Positions 1 to 8,737 of a DNA stretch of 47,701 nucleotides are shown piece by piece. The stretch comes from Solirubrobacteraceae bacterium. Its GTDB lineage: Bacteria; Actinomycetota; Thermoleophilia; Solirubrobacterales; Solirubrobacteraceae. Within the stretch, counting starts at the first letter, position 1. The number at the start of each line of letters is the position of its first letter. The translations under genes and the position numbers were made by a program. The stretch lies in assembly GCA_035552815.1 (NCBI GenBank), contig DASZKU010000012.1, positions 1 to 47,701 on the forward strand. Reading direction: 5' to 3'. The notes beneath the pieces are model-generated. The model did not search any database. It was not told the origin of the DNA and saw only the letters and a list, made by a program, of their open reading frames with translations.

Positions 1-169
1 TTTCACCCTTGCCGGCCTGAGGCTCTGCAGCGGCCCCAGGCTTAGGCGGTGTCTTTTCTGTGGCACTTTCCCTCGGGTTTCCCCGGGTCGGCGTTACCGA
101 CCACCTTGCCCTGTGATGTCCGGACTTTCCTCGAAGGCTCAACACCTCCGCGACTGCTTGGCCTGCACC
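1..169 (-). ncRNA. rnpB: RNase P RNA (class A), 5' part; runs off the left edge of the window
   Basis: Minus strand reads ...GAGGAAAGTCCGGAC...GGAAAGTGCCACAGAAAA...AAGGGTGAAA, the conserved RNase P RNA motifs in the correct order. A TATCCT -10 box lies at 174-179 (minus strand). Confidence 0.95.
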
Positions 170-287
170 ATTGAGGATAGCCGCCGGCGCGAGTCGCGCA
201 AGCTTGGGAGGGGAACTGCGGCAGCCCGCGCTCCCGCCTACGGCCGCCCGCCCCGCGCACTCCGCCGCCCCCCGCCTCGTCGCCCCC

Positions 288-620
288 TCAGCTCAGCGTG
301 GTAGCGCAGGTGCGGCAGCGGCCGCCGATGGGTCGCGCGTGGGCGCCGTACTCGGGCGCCAGCTCGCCGGAGCAGACCGGACATTCGACGACGGCATGGG
401 CGGTGAGCTCCTCCCAGGCGCCGGACAGGACGTCGTCCAGCGTCGGCCCACCGCCCGCACCGTCGAAGAGTGTCTGTGGGTGCCGCGTGATCCGCCGCGG
501 CGCGCCGGCCTCCGGCGCACCCCCGCGCGCGGCGCCGCCCGCGCCGCCCGCGCCGCCCGCTCGTCCCGTCCGTGCCCGCGCCGGCGCCCGGGCGGCCGGT
601 GTGGCGGTCAGCGTGCTCAC
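288..620 (-). CDS. Small putative Zn-ribbon protein (CPVC...CRTC), translationally coupled to lexA
   Basis: GTG start overlaps the lexA TGA (GTGA, 617-620). Low-complexity N-terminal half; two CxxC pairs near the C-terminus. Confidence 0.75.
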   Translation of the reverse strand: MSTLTATPAARAPARARTGRAGGAGGAGGAARGGAPEAGAPRRITRHPQTLFDGAGGGPTLDDVLSGAWEELTAHAVVECPVCSGELAPEYGAHARPIGGRCRTCATTLS

Positions 621-1231
621 GTGATACTCCGCATCAGGCCGACGACCTTCCCGAGCACGCGGACGTCGCGGCTGCGGATCGGCTCCATCGTCTCGTTCTC
701 CGGCTGCAGCCGCACGTGGTCGGACTCCTGGAAGAAGCGCTTGACGGTGGCTTCCTCGCCGACGAGGGCGACGACGATGTCCCCATCCGTCGCGGTGTCC
801 TGGGGACGTACGACGACGAGGTCGCCGTCCATGATCCCCACGTCTTTCATCGACTCCCCGCGTACGCGAAGCAGGTATTCACCGTCTCGGCCGCCGGCGA
901 ACTCGGGCGTCTCGATGTATTCCTCGATGTTCTCCTCGGCCAGCACCGGCTGCCCGGCCGCGACCTGGCCGACAACCGGAAGGCCCTGGGGCCGCACGAT
1001 GCTCATGACGCCCGCGGCGGCGCGGTCGAGCAGCTCGATGGCCCGGGGCTTGGTCGGATCTCGGCGCAACAGCCCGATCCGCTCGAGGTTCGCGAGATGC
1101 GCGTGCACCGTCGAAGAGGAGGCGAGACCTACCGCCTTGCCGATGTCCCGCACGGTCGGCGGATAGCCGTAGCTGGCGGAGTAACGCTTGATGAAATCGA
1201 AGATTTCCTGCTGGCGCTTCGTCAGGTCCAT
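617..1231 (-). CDS. lexA: SOS repressor LexA
   Basis: MDLTKRQQEIFDFI...YPPTVRDIG wHTH domain, VAAG cleavage site, GESM (Ser) and TVKRF (Lys) catalytic dyad; AAGGAG RBS upstream of ATG 1231. Confidence 0.98.
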   Translation of the reverse strand: MDLTKRQQEIFDFIKRYSASYGYPPTVRDIGKAVGLASSSTVHAHLANLERIGLLRRDPTKPRAIELLDRAAAGVMSIVRPQGLPVVGQVAAGQPVLAEENIEEYIETPEFAGGRDGEYLLRVRGESMKDVGIMDGDLVVVRPQDTATDGDIVVALVGEEATVKRFFQESDHVRLQPENETMEPIRSRDVRVLGKVVGLMRSIT

Positions 1232-1274
1232 GCCGCCGCTCCTTGCTCGGTCTGCCTGGTTGAGCCTACTGAAT

Positions 1275-1288
1275 CGAACATGTGTTCG
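1275..1288. promoter_or_regulatory. LexA (SOS/Cheo) box
   Basis: Perfect CGAAC-ATGT-GTTCG, the Gram-positive/actinobacterial LexA consensus, 44 bp upstream of lexA. Confidence 0.93.
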
Positions 1289-1351
1289 CAACACTAGCGC
1301 GCCGCGAGGACGGACAGAGCAGGACGGCGCACGGCTATACTCGCCGCCGAC

Positions 1352-1437
<86 letters not shown>

Positions 1438-1441
1438 CTGG

Positions 1442-1469
1442 AAAAGCCCCGCCTAACAGCGGGGTTTTT
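1442..1469 (+). terminator. Intrinsic (probably bidirectional) terminator after tRNA-Leu
   Basis: AAAAGCCCCGC-CTAACA-GCGGGGTTTTT hairpin with A- and T-tracts. Confidence 0.88.
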
Positions 1470-1670
1470 GCTGTCCGTGGGCCGCGGCGTCGCCGAGCGC
1501 CCCATCGTCCTGGCCACTCGCGGGCGACGCAGGCCAGCGGCTTGCAATACGAATGGGAGCGTGTGTTCAACGGTCCGATCCGGTCGGCGTTGCGGGTGCG
1601 GTCTGATGTGGCCGAGCGGGAGCAGCGGTGTGTGGATCGAGGCGACCCCGGCGCCAGGGTTGCCGTCGTC

Positions 1671-3137
1671 TCAGGTCTCGAGCGGCACGACCTCGGCTGT
1701 CTGGCGGACCGGTCCGAGGCGGAGCAGCGCGAACACGAGGACCGCGCCAGCGGCGGCGACCGCGGTCAGGATCGCCAGTGTGGGTCGCATCGCGGCGAGG
1801 ATGCCTTGTGCCTCACCCCCGCCGACGGACGTCGTGCGGCTGCTGATCACGGCACTGACGATCGCCACCAGGATGGCGCCGCCGATCTGGAAGCTCGCGT
1901 TGAACAGTCCCGCCGCCAATCCCTGCTCGGCGTTGGCTACTCCTGCCGTTGCCTGAACGTTCATGGCGGGAAAGCCGAGCCCCCAGCCAAGTCCGAGGAC
2001 GAGCATCGATGGCAGCAGCATCGTCACATATGTGAGGTGGTGCGAATCCTCGCGGAGGAACAGCGCGTAGCCGATCGCGAACGTCGTCAGTGCCGCGCCG
2101 ATGAGGCGTGCCGTCCCGAAGCGTCCGATGATCCGTCCCGCCTGCGCACCCATGATCGGCAGGAAGAACCCGGACGGGAGGAACGCGAGCGCGGTATCGA
2201 TCGGAGACCAGTGTGCGACGTTCTGTACGTAGAGCGTCGCGAGGAACTGGAAGCCCAGGTACGAGCCGAAATAGAGCATCGCGGCTACATCGGCGGAGAC
2301 GAGGGTGCGCACGCGCAGGATCCCGAGTCGGACCAGCGGGTGCGGGGACCAGCGCTCGACGATGACAAACGCGACCAGGAGCACCACGCTGAGGGCCAGG
2401 CCGCCGATGGTCCGGCCATCGAGCCAGCCACGGGCCGGCGCCTCGACGACGGAGTAGACGAGGACGATCATCGAGCCCGTGGCCGTCAGGGCGCCGCGGA
2501 GGTCGTAGTGGCGATGTTCGAGCGACGGCTCGTTGCTCGCGTCGAGCACGCGGATCGCTGCCAGCACCAGGACGGCGGTGATCGGGGCGGGGAGTAGGAA
2601 CACGTAGCGCCATCCGAGTTCGGAGAGCAGGCCGCCGATCACCAGGCCCAGCGAGAATCCGGCGGCACCGGTGGCTGCGTACGCCCCGAGGGCCTTGTTC
2701 CGGGCTGCGCCTTCCGCGAACGTGGTGGTGAGGATCGACAGGCCGGCGGGGATCGTGAACGCTGCGGCGATGCCCTTGATCAGGCGAGTGGCGATCACCA
2801 GCGTTCCGTTGTCGGCGACGCCGCCGAGCGCAGATGCCAGGCCGAATACCGTCAGCGCCGCAAGGAATATGCGTCGTCGCCCGAGGAGATCCGAGGCCCG
2901 GCCACCAAGGAGGAGAAATCCGCCGTAGCCGAGCACGTAGCCCGAGACGACCCACTGCAATGAGGACGCCGACATCCGCAGATGCGCCCCGATCGTCGGC
3001 AGCGCGACGTTTACGCTCGATACGTCCATCGCGTCGAGAAACAGCGCCCCGCACAGGATCGCGACGGTCACCCGCAGCTTCAGATCCCACTTCTCACCGG
3101 GCGCGTCGGGTGCAGTGCTCAGACCGGAAGAACTCAT
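1671..3137 (-). CDS. MFS transporter, DHA2/EmrB-QacA-like
   Basis: About 14 hydrophobic segments; D-x-S-S-V-N-V-A-L-P motif, GGRASDLLGRRR motif A, WRYVF motif. Confidence 0.92.
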   Translation of the reverse strand: MSSSGLSTAPDAPGEKWDLKLRVTVAILCGALFLDAMDVSSVNVALPTIGAHLRMSASSLQWVVSGYVLGYGGFLLLGGRASDLLGRRRIFLAALTVFGLASALGGVADNGTLVIATRLIKGIAAAFTIPAGLSILTTTFAEGAARNKALGAYAATGAAGFSLGLVIGGLLSELGWRYVFLLPAPITAVLVLAAIRVLDASNEPSLEHRHYDLRGALTATGSMIVLVYSVVEAPARGWLDGRTIGGLALSVVLLVAFVIVERWSPHPLVRLGILRVRTLVSADVAAMLYFGSYLGFQFLATLYVQNVAHWSPIDTALAFLPSGFFLPIMGAQAGRIIGRFGTARLIGAALTTFAIGYALFLREDSHHLTYVTMLLPSMLVLGLGWGLGFPAMNVQATAGVANAEQGLAAGLFNASFQIGGAILVAIVSAVISSRTTSVGGGEAQGILAAMRPTLAILTAVAAAGAVLVFALLRLGPVRQTAEVVPLET

Positions 3138-3236
3138 GGTTGACTACTCCTGTTCAGGTGTTGGCCAGTGGCGAGATCGCGGCTGGCTTTTTATGCGGAG
3201 CAGTACAATAACAGCTTGATAAGCTTTTTGTGCGTG

Positions 3237-3851
3237 ATGGTAGAAAAACCTCGACAGCGGGGGCGGCCCCGCTCCTTCGACTCGGCAGTCGCCCTCGACA
3301 GCGCGGCGGAGTTGTTCTGGGCGAAGGGATTCGCCGACACCAGCCTCGACGAGCTGAGCGCGGCGATGGGCATGGGACGCCCGAGCATCTACAACGCGTT
3401 CGGTGACAAGGAGGCGCTGTTCGTCCGTGCGCTCGAGCGCTACCGAGACACCACCGGGTCCAGTCCGTTGCACGCGATGGAAGCCGAGGACTCGATCCGT
3501 GACGCGCTCGACGCGTTTTTCCGTCAGACCGTCGAGTACACGACCGCAGATCGCTCCCACCTCGGGTGCTTCCTCGGCAACGTGGCCCCGGTCACCGACA
3601 TCCCGGAGGCACGCCGGTTCGTAAACGACAGTCTCGTTGAGACGGAGGTGAAGATCGCCGAGCGTCTCTCAAGCGCGGTCAACCTCGGGCAACTGCCCGC
3701 TGACTACTCAGTGGAACAAGGCGCCCGCCGGGCGATCAACGCCATTTTCTCGCTCGCCGCGCGCGCGCGACTCGGAACCTCGCGCGCGGAACTCCTCGAG
3801 GACGCCGCGGATGCCACATCGGTGGTGCTCGGGGCGTCTTCCGGGCCGTGA
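3237..3851 (+). CDS. TetR/AcrR family transcriptional regulator, divergent from the MFS gene
   Basis: RGRPRSFD...FWAKGFADTSLDELSAAMGMGRPSIYNAFGDKEALF HTH; GCF motif in the C-domain. Start placed at ATG 3237. Confidence 0.93.
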   Translation: MVEKPRQRGRPRSFDSAVALDSAAELFWAKGFADTSLDELSAAMGMGRPSIYNAFGDKEALFVRALERYRDTTGSSPLHAMEAEDSIRDALDAFFRQTVEYTTADRSHLGCFLGNVAPVTDIPEARRFVNDSLVETEVKIAERLSSAVNLGQLPADYSVEQGARRAINAIFSLAARARLGTSRAELLEDAADATSVVLGASSGP

Positions 3852-3928
3852 TCCGCCCAGCGCAATCCAGCCTACGCGGCGATCTGAGCAGAATTCTGTG
3901 GCTGTCCGCGTGCCCACCGAATTTGCCT

Positions 3929-3948
3929 CGGTAGCAGTTCTGCTACCG
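3929..3948. promoter_or_regulatory. Palindromic operator of the toxin-antitoxin operon
   Basis: Perfect 9-bp inverted repeat CGGTAGCAG-TT-CTGCTACCG overlapping a TACCGT -10 box, just upstream of the antitoxin ATG. Confidence 0.75.
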
Positions 3949-3956
3949 TAGTTGCC

Positions 3957-4202
3957 ATGGCGACAATTCCGCAGAAGGAGCTCCGAAACAACGTGGGCGA
4001 TGTGCTGCGGCGCGCGGAGGCGGGCGAGGAGATCACGATCACCGTCGCGGGCAGGCCGGTGGCGCGACTCGGTCCAGTGCGGAGGCGCCGGTGGGTGAGT
4101 GGACCGGCGTTGCGGGCGATCTGGCGCACGTCGGCACCCCGGACGCTAGCCGCAGATCTCGAGCAATTCCCGGCGGCGCTTGGCGATCCATTCGCCCGAT
4201 AG
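3957..4202 (+). CDS. Phd/YefM family type II antitoxin
   Basis: IPQKELRNNVGDVLRRAEAGEEITITVAGRPVARL is a typical Phd N-terminal domain; directly upstream of a PIN toxin. Confidence 0.93.
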   Translation: MATIPQKELRNNVGDVLRRAEAGEEITITVAGRPVARLGPVRRRRWVSGPALRAIWRTSAPRTLAADLEQFPAALGDPFAR

Positions 4203-4637
4203 ATGCGCGCACTGGTGGACACCTCGGTGCTCATCAGCGATGAGCTGCCCCCGGATGTAGAAGCTGCGATCAGCGTCGCCTCGCTCGCCGAGATCCACTT
4301 CGGTGTGCTCGTCGCCGCGGACGACAACGAGCGCGCGCTTCGCACCCAGCGCCTGGGCGCCATCGAATCCACCTTCGACGCGCTGCCAATCACAACCGAG
4401 ATCGCCCGCGAGTGGGGCCGACTTGCCGCGGCTGTGCGCAATCGAGGGGGCCAGCCCCGCCGACGCACGATGGACCTCGCGATCGCCGCGACAGCCAACG
4501 CGCACGGCGTTCCTTTACTCACGCACAACGCTGGCGACTTTCAGATCATCAGCGACTTGACGGACGCACGTCCGCCAGCCGCGTTCCCCGCGGTCGAGAC
4601 TGCCCCAACTGAAGGCCCCGCTAGCGACGGCGAGTAG
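4203..4637 (+). CDS. vapC: PIN-domain (VapC-type) toxin
   Basis: LVDTSVLI, SLAEIHFG, MDLAIAATA and LLTHNAGDF acidic PIN motifs; starts immediately after the antitoxin stop. Confidence 0.92.
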   Translation: MRALVDTSVLISDELPPDVEAAISVASLAEIHFGVLVAADDNERALRTQRLGAIESTFDALPITTEIAREWGRLAAAVRNRGGQPRRRTMDLAIAATANAHGVPLLTHNAGDFQIISDLTDARPPAAFPAVETAPTEGPASDGE

Positions 4638-4817
4638 GTTCGAACGGGCGCCGTCGCCACGCGGCTGGTGGCCGTGTGTTCGGCGTCAAATCTCAGCCGC
4701 CAGTCAGTCGACAAGCACGCCGACAGTGGCTCGATGGTGGCACCGTCCCCCGGGAGGAGGTGGACCGGGACGGGTAGCCGTGCCGTAATGTGTGAGACAC
4801 CAGTCCGGAGGTAGAAG

Positions 4818-6200
4818 TTGCGCGCACGGCCGCTCCCCAACGTCACGTCTTCTCGCCTGTCGCGGCTTAGCCGCACCGGGCTGGGAGCGATGTTGATGTG
4901 CGCCGTCCTCGGCCTCCTGGTTGCCGGCTGCTCGAGCGGGAAGAAGTCGGCTCGCGGCCATGGTGCGGGCGGGGGGCAATCAGCGGCGAATGACGTGCAC
5001 ATCTCGATCACCCCGGCGAGCGGGGCAAAGGACACGGCGCCCAATCGGGGGATCACGGTCAAAGCTGCGGGGGGCAAGCTCAGCAGCGTCGTCGCTCGCT
5101 CCGGCAGCGGGCGGATCGCCGGGAAGCTCAACGCCGATGGGACGAGTTGGCACAGCACCTGGGCGCTGCCTGTCTCACAGCACTACACGGTCACCGCGAA
5201 CGCGACCGGGGCCTCGGGCCAGCCGGTGACGCAGACGAGCTCGTTTGCCACCTTCACGCCACGGCAGACGTTCACGACGATGATCATCGAGGGGTACCGG
5301 CAGACGTACGGCGTGGGGATGCCGATCATCCTCTACTTCGACCGGCCCGTGACCAACAAGGCCGCGGTGGAGCGGGCGCTGCAGGTCAAGAGCTCGAAGC
5401 GGATCATGGGTGCGTGGTATTGGGACAGCCGGTGCGGGACGGCGCCGGAGTGCCTGTATTTCCGTCCGCGCCACTACTGGCCGACGCACACGCAGGTGAG
5501 CTTCACCGGACACCTCGACGGGGTCGAGGCGGCCCCGGGTGTCTATGGACACCATGACCTGTCCCAGTCGTTCACGATCGGCAGCTCGTTGATCGTGGTG
5601 GCGAGCACCTCGGCACACCACATGACGGTGTACAAGGACGGCAGGGTGTTCGCGCGGTGGCCGATCAGCACCGGGCGCCCGGGAGACGACACCCCGAATG
5701 GGACGTATCTGACAATCGAGAAGGCCAATCCGGTCGACATGGTCGGCCCGGGCTACAACATCGAGGTCCCATACTCGGTCCGCTTCACCTGGAGCGGCGA
5801 CTACCTGCACGACGCCTACTGGTCGGTGGGCGAGCAGGGATTCACCAACGTCAGCCATGGGTGCGTGAACATGCCCCCTGCCGACGCCATCATCTACTAC
5901 AACATGGCGGTTCCCGGCGATCCGGTGAAGATCACCGGCAGCCCGCGCGCCGGCGTGTTTGACAACGGCTGGACGCAGTGGTTCCTGCCCTGGCGCCAAT
6001 ACCTGCGCGGGAGCGCCGTACACAAGGCGGTGCTCGCCGGCCCCCACGGCAGCAGCTTCGTGCACCACCGACCACGGCCCGTCCTCACCACCACGACCAC
6101 CCCCACCACAACCACCCCCACGACGGGCACCGCCCCAACGACGAGCACCACCCCCAGCACGACGACGACAGTCACCTCCGGCGCTGCGCCGTCCGGCTAG
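4818..6200 (+). CDS. L,D-transpeptidase lipoprotein (Ig-like domains + YkuD catalytic domain), Thr/Pro-rich tail
   Basis: Lipobox LVAGC; GVGMPII and WP Ig-like motifs; catalytic H(DAYW)...SHGCVN. Exact start uncertain. Confidence 0.92.
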   Translation: MRARPLPNVTSSRLSRLSRTGLGAMLMCAVLGLLVAGCSSGKKSARGHGAGGGQSAANDVHISITPASGAKDTAPNRGITVKAAGGKLSSVVARSGSGRIAGKLNADGTSWHSTWALPVSQHYTVTANATGASGQPVTQTSSFATFTPRQTFTTMIIEGYRQTYGVGMPIILYFDRPVTNKAAVERALQVKSSKRIMGAWYWDSRCGTAPECLYFRPRHYWPTHTQVSFTGHLDGVEAAPGVYGHHDLSQSFTIGSSLIVVASTSAHHMTVYKDGRVFARWPISTGRPGDDTPNGTYLTIEKANPVDMVGPGYNIEVPYSVRFTWSGDYLHDAYWSVGEQGFTNVSHGCVNMPPADAIIYYNMAVPGDPVKITGSPRAGVFDNGWTQWFLPWRQYLRGSAVHKAVLAGPHGSSFVHHRPRPVLTTTTTPTTTTPTTGTAPTTSTTPSTTTTVTSGAAPSG

Positions 6201-7348
6201 GCGGCGAACCCGCCGGAAGCGCTCAGCGGCGCCCGCCCCGCGACCTGGGGCATGTAGTCGTCGATGAAGATCTGGGCGACGAGCTCCTGGCGCGAGGCGA
6301 CACCGGTCTTCTCGAACAGGCTCTTGATGTGATCCTGCACCGTGTAGAGCGAGAGGACGAGCGCCTCGGCGATGTCGGAATTGGTGAGCCCGCGCGCGAT
6401 CAGGGTGGCGATCTCGCGCTCGCGCGGTGTGACGCCGTGGGCCTCGAGGCGCACGGCCGTCGCCTGCGGGCTCGCGGTGCGCTCGAGCACGATGGCGACG
6501 CGGCCTTCGGCTTGGCCCTCGGGCAGCGAGGCGTGGAGGGTGATCCACCCAGAAGCGGTCGGGACGGCGACGGTTCCGGTGTCCCGATCGAGGTCGGGGG
6601 CGTGGCGGCGCGCGAAGCCGGCGAGCGCGAGAATTGCCGTGGGCGGTGGCTGGTCGCCGCCACCGCCGGCGGCGCCGCTCATCGCGGCGAGGAGCGCGCG
6701 GGCGGGAGGCGTGATGAGCTCGACCTCGTTGCCTGCGGACAACACGACGAGGCCGGGTCCCGAGCCGTCGGGGGCCTGGCGCGCCGCGTCGATGCGCAAC
6801 GAAGCGCGGATGCCGTCGGCGATGGCACTGGAGACGCGCGCCAGGGCGGTGGCGTCCTCGGCGGTGAAGTCGCGGCTGTCCTCGCGGCGGGCGATGTGGA
6901 CCGCGCCCCAGCACCGGCCGCGGCTGACGAAGGCCGCGCGCATCTCGAAGGGGATCCCCGAAGGGGCGAGGAGCTCGCGATAGCGGGTGCTGCGCTCGGG
7001 GCGGCCCTTGGTCGCCTGGCTGAGGATCCCCACCGGCGTGCGCCGGCCCGCGAGGCTCGAGAAGGTGTTGACGTCGCGCACGAAGTACTCACTGGCGATG
7101 ATCTGCGCGCCCGCCAGGGAGACGGTATCCGGGGTGTAGACGCCCGAGCTGATGAGCTCCTGGCTGGCGTCGCTGGTGATGAGCCGCGTTTGGGGATCGA
7201 GCGTATGCCAGCACGTGGCATCGCAGTCGATCGTGCGCCGGAGCCGCGACGCGACCTCGACGAAGTAGTGCTCCCGGGGGAGACCGCGCCGGCCCAGCAC
7301 GGCAATGTCGTCCATGAGCCGATCGATCCGCCAGCGTCCTGCGGGCAT
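6197..7348 (-). CDS. GAF-like sensor + LuxR-type HTH transcriptional regulator
   Basis: C-terminal VTPREREIATLIARGLTNSDIAEALVLSLYTVQDHIKSLFEKTGVASR; GAF-like N-domain. TACACT -10 box 6 nt before ATG 7348. Confidence 0.9.
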   Translation of the reverse strand: MPAGRWRIDRLMDDIAVLGRRGLPREHYFVEVASRLRRTIDCDATCWHTLDPQTRLITSDASQELISSGVYTPDTVSLAGAQIIASEYFVRDVNTFSSLAGRRTPVGILSQATKGRPERSTRYRELLAPSGIPFEMRAAFVSRGRCWGAVHIARREDSRDFTAEDATALARVSSAIADGIRASLRIDAARQAPDGSGPGLVVLSAGNEVELITPPARALLAAMSGAAGGGGDQPPPTAILALAGFARRHAPDLDRDTGTVAVPTASGWITLHASLPEGQAEGRVAIVLERTASPQATAVRLEAHGVTPREREIATLIARGLTNSDIAEALVLSLYTVQDHIKSLFEKTGVASRQELVAQIFIDDYMPQVAGRAPLSASGGFAA

Positions 7349-7362
7349 CGGGCAAGTGTATG

Positions 7363-7406
7363 CCTCACGCATGAAGCCCTCACGCATGAAGCCCTCACGC
7401 ATGAAG
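7363..7406. repeat. 15-bp tandem repeat x3 (CCTCACGCATGAAGC)
   Basis: Three consecutive copies, the last one base short, in the divergent intergenic region. Confidence 0.9.
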
Positions 7407-7521
7407 TGTCCCCGCGCACGAGATCGACGGACCCGGGCGGGGAGCGCGGGATGCCGGCAACGAGATCAGCGCGTGGGCCGCGACGCCCATGCTGTACGGT
7501 GATCCCGTACAATTCTGTACG

Positions 7522-8631
7522 GTGAATCCGTTCAACTATCAGGGCCCGGTCGTGCCCCCCAGGCTGATTGACCGACGCGCGGAGCTCGATGTCCTGCAGC
7601 GCGCCGCGGCCGACGGGATCTCGATCAGGCTGGCGGCTCCCCGCCGCTTTGGCAAGACGAGCGTGCTCGACTCGCATTCCGCCTCGATGCGCTCGGTCGG
7701 GCATCGCGCGGTGCGCGTCGATCTCTCCAAGGTGGCCACGGTGGGCGACGTGGCGGCCCGGGTGGCCGAGGCCTTCAGCGTCCTCCCCACCGATCCGCGC
7801 CGCAGCGTGCGGCGCTGGGCGGCGCGGCTCGGGATCAGCGCCCGGGTCGCCGGCGTGCAGGTGTGGATGGCTCCCGCTCCCCGGGCCGCGCGACCCGCTG
7901 CCGACGAGGCCCGCGCCGCCCTCCTCGAGCTCCTCGACGTCCCCCTGCGGATCCACGAGGCCGAGGGCGGCCTGACCGTCGTGTGCCTCGACGAGTTCCA
8001 GGACCTGCTCGTCGCCGACGACACCCTCGACGGACTCTTCCGCTCGGTCATCCAGCATCACGGGGGAGCGGCCGCTTACGTGTTCGCGGGCAGCCAGCCG
8101 TCGCTGATGCGCGCCCTGTTCTCCGACCGCGAGCGACCGTTCTACGGTCAGGCGCGACCGCTCGAGCTCCCGCCCCTCCCCGTCGACGAGGCGGCGTCCG
8201 ATGTCGAAGCGCTGCTCGCCGCCGACGGCCTCGACGCGGGCGGCGCCGTCGACGAGCTGCTCGCGTTCACGGGCGGGCACCCGCAGCGCACCGTCCTCCT
8301 CGCCCATCACCTCTACAACGTGCTCGACCAACCCGATCCCCCCGACGACCCGACCGGAGCTGCCATCGACCTCGGGCTCGCCGAGACGCGCGACGCCCAT
8401 CAGGCGATCTGGGACGCGATCAGCCGCGTCGAGCGGATCGTCCTCCTCGCCCTCGCCGACGGCCAGGCCCCGACCGGGAGCCGGGTGGCCGACGAGCACC
8501 GCATCGCGCGCTCAACCCTCCAGGACGCCCTCGAGCGCCTCCTCGCCGACGAGCGCAACGTCCGGCGCGACGATCGCGGCCGGCCCGCGCTCCTCGACCC
8601 GCTCTTGGGCGAGTGGCTGCGCCGGCGTTAA
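7522..8631 (+). CDS. P-loop ATPase (archaeal-ATPase/AAA-like) with C-terminal winged helix
   Basis: NPF..GPV N-terminus, Walker A APRRFGKTS, Walker B VVCLDEFQ, FAGS and TGGHP motifs; HTH-like SRVADEHRIARSTLQDALERL. TACAAT -10 box at 7508-7513. Confidence 0.88.
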   Translation: MNPFNYQGPVVPPRLIDRRAELDVLQRAAADGISIRLAAPRRFGKTSVLDSHSASMRSVGHRAVRVDLSKVATVGDVAARVAEAFSVLPTDPRRSVRRWAARLGISARVAGVQVWMAPAPRAARPAADEARAALLELLDVPLRIHEAEGGLTVVCLDEFQDLLVADDTLDGLFRSVIQHHGGAAAYVFAGSQPSLMRALFSDRERPFYGQARPLELPPLPVDEAASDVEALLAADGLDAGGAVDELLAFTGGHPQRTVLLAHHLYNVLDQPDPPDDPTGAAIDLGLAETRDAHQAIWDAISRVERIVLLALADGQAPTGSRVADEHRIARSTLQDALERLLADERNVRRDDRGRPALLDPLLGEWLRRR

Positions 8632-8737
8632 GGGTCAACCCGCACAGAAAACAGATCTCGGGAAGGATTCACGTCCACCACGCGTCTACCTAGCCGATGG
8701 TGGCCTTCTCATCCGGTCGCCGCGGCTAGCTCGACGC

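Noticed and set aside
42-260. 72-aa minus-strand ORF
   Set aside because: It overlaps the RNase P RNA gene on the same strand; a spurious translation of the ncRNA.
3186-3248. TetR operator between the MFS and TetR genes
   Set aside because: Two AT-rich imperfect palindromes are visible, but they are too degenerate to call without homologous sequences.
4636-4652. GGTTCGAACGGGCGCC as an attR copy of the tRNA 3' end or as a LexA box
   Set aside because: Only partial similarity to GGTTCGAGTCCTCTCGGGCGCA, and no GTTCG second half-site at the LexA spacing.
7349-7402. MREGFMREGFMREAY N-terminal extension of the GAF-LuxR protein
   Set aside because: Produced by the 15-bp tandem repeat; a -10 box 6 nt before ATG 7348 indicates the shorter start.
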